Below are positions 59,701-64,000 of a stretch of 64,000 bases of DNA, one piece after another; the stretch's first letter is position 1; every line of letters starts with the position of its first letter. The stretch is from Candidatus Levybacteria bacterium RIFCSPHIGHO2_01_FULL_40_16. Lineage in GTDB: Bacteria > Patescibacteriota > Microgenomatia > Levybacterales > UBA12049. The stretch is from NCBI GenBank assembly GCA_001783805.1, contig MFNS01000007.1:1594-65593 (forward strand), in the 5' to 3' direction. Below the pieces are notes generated by a model. That model was not told the DNA's origin. It saw nothing but the letters and a program-made list of their open reading frames with translations, and made no database searches. The translations under genes and the position numbers were made by a program.

Positions 59701-61368
59701 CTAAGGACTAAGATGGGTTCCGTCAATTGCCTCTTCGCTTTTGCTCAAGATTTCCCTCCAATTCCCAATTTTCTTAAAAATTAGTAAAAATGTACTTGCT
59801 TCTTTGACGTTAAAAAACCAAGTTAAGAAAAGATAAAAAGAAAGACCAATGAAACTTGAAATGCCTGTAAGAAATATCAGATTTATAGTCCGAGTGGTGT
59901 CAAAAACTAATTGATCCAACAGTTTTATCGGAATATACAGGGAAATGCCTGTAAAAAATGTTGCAATCATAATCTTAAGGGGTGGCAAGAACAACAAAGC
60001 TTTCGGAAACCCACCTACTTTTCTATCAAGAAGAATAATCAGTATAATTAATTGTAGAACATTAGCCAAGGTAAATGCTAGCGCAATGCTTTCAATCCCC
60101 ATGCTTTGGACGATTACAAAATAATATCCGAGTATAATAAGGAGTACCGTTGAAAATGCGCTAACAATTAGAGGAATAAAAGAGTTGTGTAATGCATAAA
60201 ATGCGCGGTAAAAAAGAACAATCAGGGCTTGGGCAAAAATAGAAAGAGATAAAAATGCCAAGATGTGACCGGTCAAAACTGTTGCCGTCCAGTCGAATTT
60301 ATCCGCCCCGAAAGCCAGTCTCACAATGGGAATACGTAGAACCAGCATAATAACTGAGGCCGGAAGAATAAGATAGAGCATTTGATTGAAGCTTGTAATA
60401 AAGGTTATTTTAAAATCGGCCAAATTGTTTTTTTCGCGGGATAAAACCGGAAATGCCGCTTGAGCAATACTAAGTCCAATCAGTGAAACTGGCGCGAACA
60501 TCAGAGTTTTTGCCGAATCAAAGAGTAAATTAGTACGTCCGGGCTGAGCCATAAAGGCAATAATTGCCGCAAGAATAATTGTGCCCACTTGTTGAACTCC
60601 GACCTGAATAGTACGAGGCCACATCAGCATAAATACTTTGTTTAGTCCCTGCGCTTTAAGAAAATCGTAGGACGGAACAAAAGAAAATCCAATTTTTTTA
60701 GTAAGCGGGGCTTGAAGCGCCACAAAAATAATCGCACCCAGAATGACACCATAGGGAACAGCATAAATTCCAAAACGTTGATGAAACAGCAAGATACCAA
60801 TTATTATTCCGACATTGTAAAATGCGGCTGCTATTCCAGGAATGAAAAAATGATTATATGATTGCAAGAGCGCGCTAAAAAACGTACCGATTATATAAAT
60901 TATCTGACCTATAATAATAATCCGCATTAAATTAGCCATAAGCTCCATGTCGGGACGAGAAAAATTTTGTCCACCGTTGAAAATAGTCAGTATTTGTGGG
61001 GCAAAAATTACCAGCACAAGCGAGAAAGCTACAAATACGGTAAGCCCCGTTACCAGAAGCGTTGAAGCCATTTTGTGAGCTTGGCCTTCTTGATTTTTTA
61101 CTAAATATTCAGAAAAAACCGGTATAAAAGCTGAGGCCAGTGCCGCTGCAATAGCTAATTGGAAAATGGTATCGGGAAGTATTGAAGCATAATTATAAAT
61201 ACCCAAAGTATTAGATGGCCCAAAAATAGAGAATAACAATCTTGTACGCAGTAAGCCTAAAATCTGAGATAGAATAACGGTTGCCATGATTATAAAAGCG
61301 GCGGAAAGAATATTGGTTTGCCGGCGAAGAAGCAGAGTGAAACTTTTTTTCAAAAAATTCTGGACCAT
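59701..61368 (-). CDS. murJ: lipid II flippase MurJ
   Basis: SQILGLLR, AFIPVF, RAFYALH; many TM helices. Confidence 0.92.
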   Translation of the reverse strand: MVQNFLKKSFTLLLRRQTNILSAAFIIMATVILSQILGLLRTRLLFSIFGPSNTLGIYNYASILPDTIFQLAIAAALASAFIPVFSEYLVKNQEGQAHKMASTLLVTGLTVFVAFSLVLVIFAPQILTIFNGGQNFSRPDMELMANLMRIIIIGQIIYIIGTFFSALLQSYNHFFIPGIAAAFYNVGIIIGILLFHQRFGIYAVPYGVILGAIIFVALQAPLTKKIGFSFVPSYDFLKAQGLNKVFMLMWPRTIQVGVQQVGTIILAAIIAFMAQPGRTNLLFDSAKTLMFAPVSLIGLSIAQAAFPVLSREKNNLADFKITFITSFNQMLYLILPASVIMLVLRIPIVRLAFGADKFDWTATVLTGHILAFLSLSIFAQALIVLFYRAFYALHNSFIPLIVSAFSTVLLIILGYYFVIVQSMGIESIALAFTLANVLQLIILIILLDRKVGGFPKALLFLPPLKIMIATFFTGISLYIPIKLLDQLVFDTTRTINLIFLTGISSFIGLSFYLFLTWFFNVKEASTFLLIFKKIGNWREILSKSEEAIDGTHLSP

Positions 61369-61405
61369 TGTTTACTTTTACAGTATAGCATGCTAAAATG
61401 GCGCA

Positions 61406-61648
61406 ATGCCAGTAATAAGAAGTGCCAAAAAAAAATTAAAAGCCGATAGAAAAAGGGAATCCGTTAATAAAAAAGCACAAGTTTTTATTAATTTTGTTAT
61501 TAAAAAAGCTCAAAGAAAACCATCTCCGGAAAGCATCCGAAAAGCTTTTAAGGCCATTGATAAAGGAGTAAAGAAAGACATCTTTCACAAGAATAAAGCA
61601 GCCAGACTCAAATCCAGATTGTTAAAGCTTATTGCCAAAAAGTCATAA
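61406..61648 (+). CDS. rpsT: 30S ribosomal protein S20
   Basis: MPVIRSAKKK, IDK..KK.IFHKNKAARLKSRL. Confidence 0.95.
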   Translation: MPVIRSAKKKLKADRKRESVNKKAQVFINFVIKKAQRKPSPESIRKAFKAIDKGVKKDIFHKNKAARLKSRLLKLIAKKS

Positions 61649-61765
61649 TCCTTAATGAAAGCGAAAGTTTTAAAATCAGCCGGAACAAAAAAGACTAAAA
61701 AGAACAAAAGATAAGCTCCATAAGGCTTTGACAAAAAGCCTAAATTCCCCTAGACTAAATTTATC

Positions 61766-62305
61766 ATGTCAGACAATCTGCCTTCTATAAATTTAATAAA
61801 AAATAAGCAAATTCCCCTATTTGATAAATTCATGGATTGGATTTTAACAATCGGCCGCTTAATCGTAATAATAACTGAATTTGTAGCAATATTAGCTTTC
61901 GTTTATCGATTTTCTCTTGATGAGAAGCTTGTTGAACTGCATTCCGCAATCAAGCAGGAACAAAATATCATCTCTATTTTTAAAAATGACGAGAGTAAGT
62001 ATAGAAATTTGCAAGACCGTCTTAACTTAGCTGCAACTTTTTCGGAAAAGGCTACCAAGATCAACCAAACGATTACAAATATCACAGATATTGCAAATTT
62101 AATACCAAGTCAAACAAGAATTAATAATTTTATTCTGAATAAAGATCGGATAAATATAGACTTTAACGTAACCTCCGTATCATCCTTGGCAAGCTTTATA
62201 AACCCTCTTAAAAGCTATCCGGGAATCAAATCTATGAGTATCGATAATATAGAAAGCAAACCATCCGTTGGTCTTTCCGCTAATATTACCGCCATACTTA
62301 AATAA
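61766..62305 (+). CDS. PilN-like type IV pilus assembly protein
   Basis: INLI motif, TM helix, coiled coil; precedes a PilO-like gene. Confidence 0.65.
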   Translation: MSDNLPSINLIKNKQIPLFDKFMDWILTIGRLIVIITEFVAILAFVYRFSLDEKLVELHSAIKQEQNIISIFKNDESKYRNLQDRLNLAATFSEKATKINQTITNITDIANLIPSQTRINNFILNKDRINIDFNVTSVSSLASFINPLKSYPGIKSMSIDNIESKPSVGLSANITAILK

Positions 62306-62308
62306 AAT

Positions 62309-62923
62309 ATGCAAAATAATTCTCAAGATTTAATAAAAAAAGGATATTCCCCGACCATTCCATATCTAACTCCGGAAAGGAATCAAAAATTTTTTGGTAT
62401 AGTATTAACCCTTTGTGCTTTATCCTTTTTTGGATTTTTTGCGATAAGACCTACGGTCTCAACGATCCTAAAATTACAAAAAGAGCTTTCTGACAATCAG
62501 TTTGTTTTAGATCAACTTAAAACTAAAATAAAAAATTTAACCGAATTAAGAAAACAATATTTTAGCTTACAAAGCGATCTGCCAACGATAACTAGTGCAA
62601 TCACCATACAACCGGACGTCCAACTTCTTTTTGCACAGATACAGTCTATTGCGCAAGCGTCAAGCATTACTATAAAAAAACTTCAGAATTTTGAAGTAGA
62701 GATTTCAAGCGGGAGCAAAGGTACCAGGAAAGATTATTATGCCTATTCTTTTTCAATTGCCGGGACTGGGTCTTTTGAGAATATATCTAAGTTCATATCA
62801 ACGCTTACGAATATGGAAAGAATTGTTAATATTGACGTTTTTTCCATCAATATGACTGATCAAGACAGCGGATCTTTAGGATTCGATATTCAGGGGTCTG
62901 CATTTTTCAAAGATAATTTATGA
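62309..62923 (+). CDS. PilO-like type IV pilus assembly protein
   Basis: FFAIRPT TM, coiled coil, G.FENI.KFI..L.NMERIVNI. Confidence 0.75.
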   Translation: MQNNSQDLIKKGYSPTIPYLTPERNQKFFGIVLTLCALSFFGFFAIRPTVSTILKLQKELSDNQFVLDQLKTKIKNLTELRKQYFSLQSDLPTITSAITIQPDVQLLFAQIQSIAQASSITIKKLQNFEVEISSGSKGTRKDYYAYSFSIAGTGSFENISKFISTLTNMERIVNIDVFSINMTDQDSGSLGFDIQGSAFFKDNL

Positions 62924-62932
62924 GTTTTTGAT

Positions 62933-63223
62933 ATGAAACAAAAGGATATTTTAATAATTCTAATTCTTCTTTTCATCTTTGTTCTAGCCTGGATCGGAGG
63001 AAACATTTATCATAGCGGAGTAAGCTCTACAATATCCGAAACAACAGCTAAAGATATCGCGCCTATTACTCCGACTTTTGACACGAAGACTATTGATAAA
63101 TTAAAATCCAGAAAAAAAATAGTTCCATCTTTTGAGCTTGAGAGCGTAACTCCTACTCCCATTGTTCTGCCTACTCTACCTCTCTCCCCAAACGCTTCTC
63201 AGGAAGGAAAGCTGTTGTTGTGA
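62933..63223 (+). CDS. small membrane-anchored protein
   Basis: N-terminal TM, PITPTFD...L..R; operonic with pilO. Confidence 0.7.
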   Translation: MKQKDILIILILLFIFVLAWIGGNIYHSGVSSTISETTAKDIAPITPTFDTKTIDKLKSRKKIVPSFELESVTPTPIVLPTLPLSPNASQEGKLLL

Positions 63224-63264
63224 TCCATTCGATAGACTCAGGATCATATTGAGGAAATCAAAAT

Positions 63265-64000
63265 ATGAGAAGCAAATTGCTCAACAGAAGAATTCCGACA
63301 ATTCTAGGTATTATTTTTATTTTATTAGGCATACTCTTAACAACTCCTATCATTAAGAATCAAACCATGTTTAAAAGTAGCGCTATAAATTCACAAGAAC
63401 CCCAAAATGTAAGAATGACGAATATTTCGGATCAATCCTTTACCGTAACTTATCAAACCAAACTGCCTTCTACCGGTTCTATTAGTTACGGGAGCGATAA
63501 AAAATTAGGAGAATCCGGATTGGAAGACGCAGATAAACAAACAGGATCTTTTTCTCCCAAAAAAATTCACAGCATATCTGTAAATAAACTAACGCCTACT
63601 ACAAAATATTATTTAACAATTATTTCAGGATCTAATACGTTTCTAAATAACGGAGCCCCGTTTGAGGTAACAACCGGAAGTACTATTGCTTCTCCATCTG
63701 CCAATCAGAATGAGATAAAAGGAAAAATTGTTTTACCGGATGGCAGTATTCCTCCTGAGGCGCTCGCATACTTAAGTACGGAAAATTCACAACTTTTATC
63801 TACTATAACTGCCAAGGATGGAAAATTCAGTTTTTCATTAAAAGGGTTGAGAACTAACGATCTTTCTAGTTACCTCAAGGCAACTGATAGCGCTGTTTTC
63901 AAAATCTCCACTACGGATGGCTCTTTAAATTCAACCGTATTAGTATCTTTAAATCAGGCAAATTCTATTCCGGTTATAACACAATCTAATAATTACGATT
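63265..64000 (+). CDS. fibronectin type III domain surface protein (partial, 3' truncated)
   Basis: MRSKLLNRRIPTILGII TM, PQNVRMTNISDQSFTVTY, HSISVNKLTPTTKYY; no stop seen before the window end. Confidence 0.8.
   Translation, partial: MRSKLLNRRIPTILGIIFILLGILLTTPIIKNQTMFKSSAINSQEPQNVRMTNISDQSFTVTYQTKLPSTGSISYGSDKKLGESGLEDADKQTGSFSPKKIHSISVNKLTPTTKYYLTIISGSNTFLNNGAPFEVTTGSTIASPSANQNEIKGKIVLPDGSIPPEALAYLSTENSQLLSTITAKDGKFSFSLKGLRTNDLSSYLKATDSAVFKISTTDGSLNSTVLVSLNQANSIPVITQSNNYD

Overview
Low-GC window from a small-genome bacterium. Gene content, short AlaRS/MetRS, AAA-only Lon and pilN/pilO suggest Patescibacteria (CPR), probably Microgenomates (inference). The backbone is housekeeping: rpoC (partial), rpoB, alaS, sortase, AMP/thymidine phosphorylase, mltG, ftsK, rnj, lon, pnp, rpsO, infB, nusA, a Clp ATPase, hrcA-grpE-dnaK-dnaJ, metG, tatD, a glycosylation cluster, groESL, lepA, murJ, rpsT and pilN/pilO. 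No rRNA, tRNA, CRISPR array, integrase, transposase or reverse transcriptase was seen. Main observations: (1) an integron-like tandem array of six accessory modules (17.1-20.9 kb), each delimited by a degenerate copy of the 3' end of rnj, with a similar duplication of the pnp 3' end flanking a second accessory block; (2) several families of short palindromes inserted in frame into essential proteins, including a 36-bp element in conserved motifs of AlaRS and MetRS; (3) a three-copy 170-220 bp structured repeat with covariation; (4) two paralogous DGR-type target genes without an RT; (5) heptamer tandem repeats and widespread leaderless promoters.
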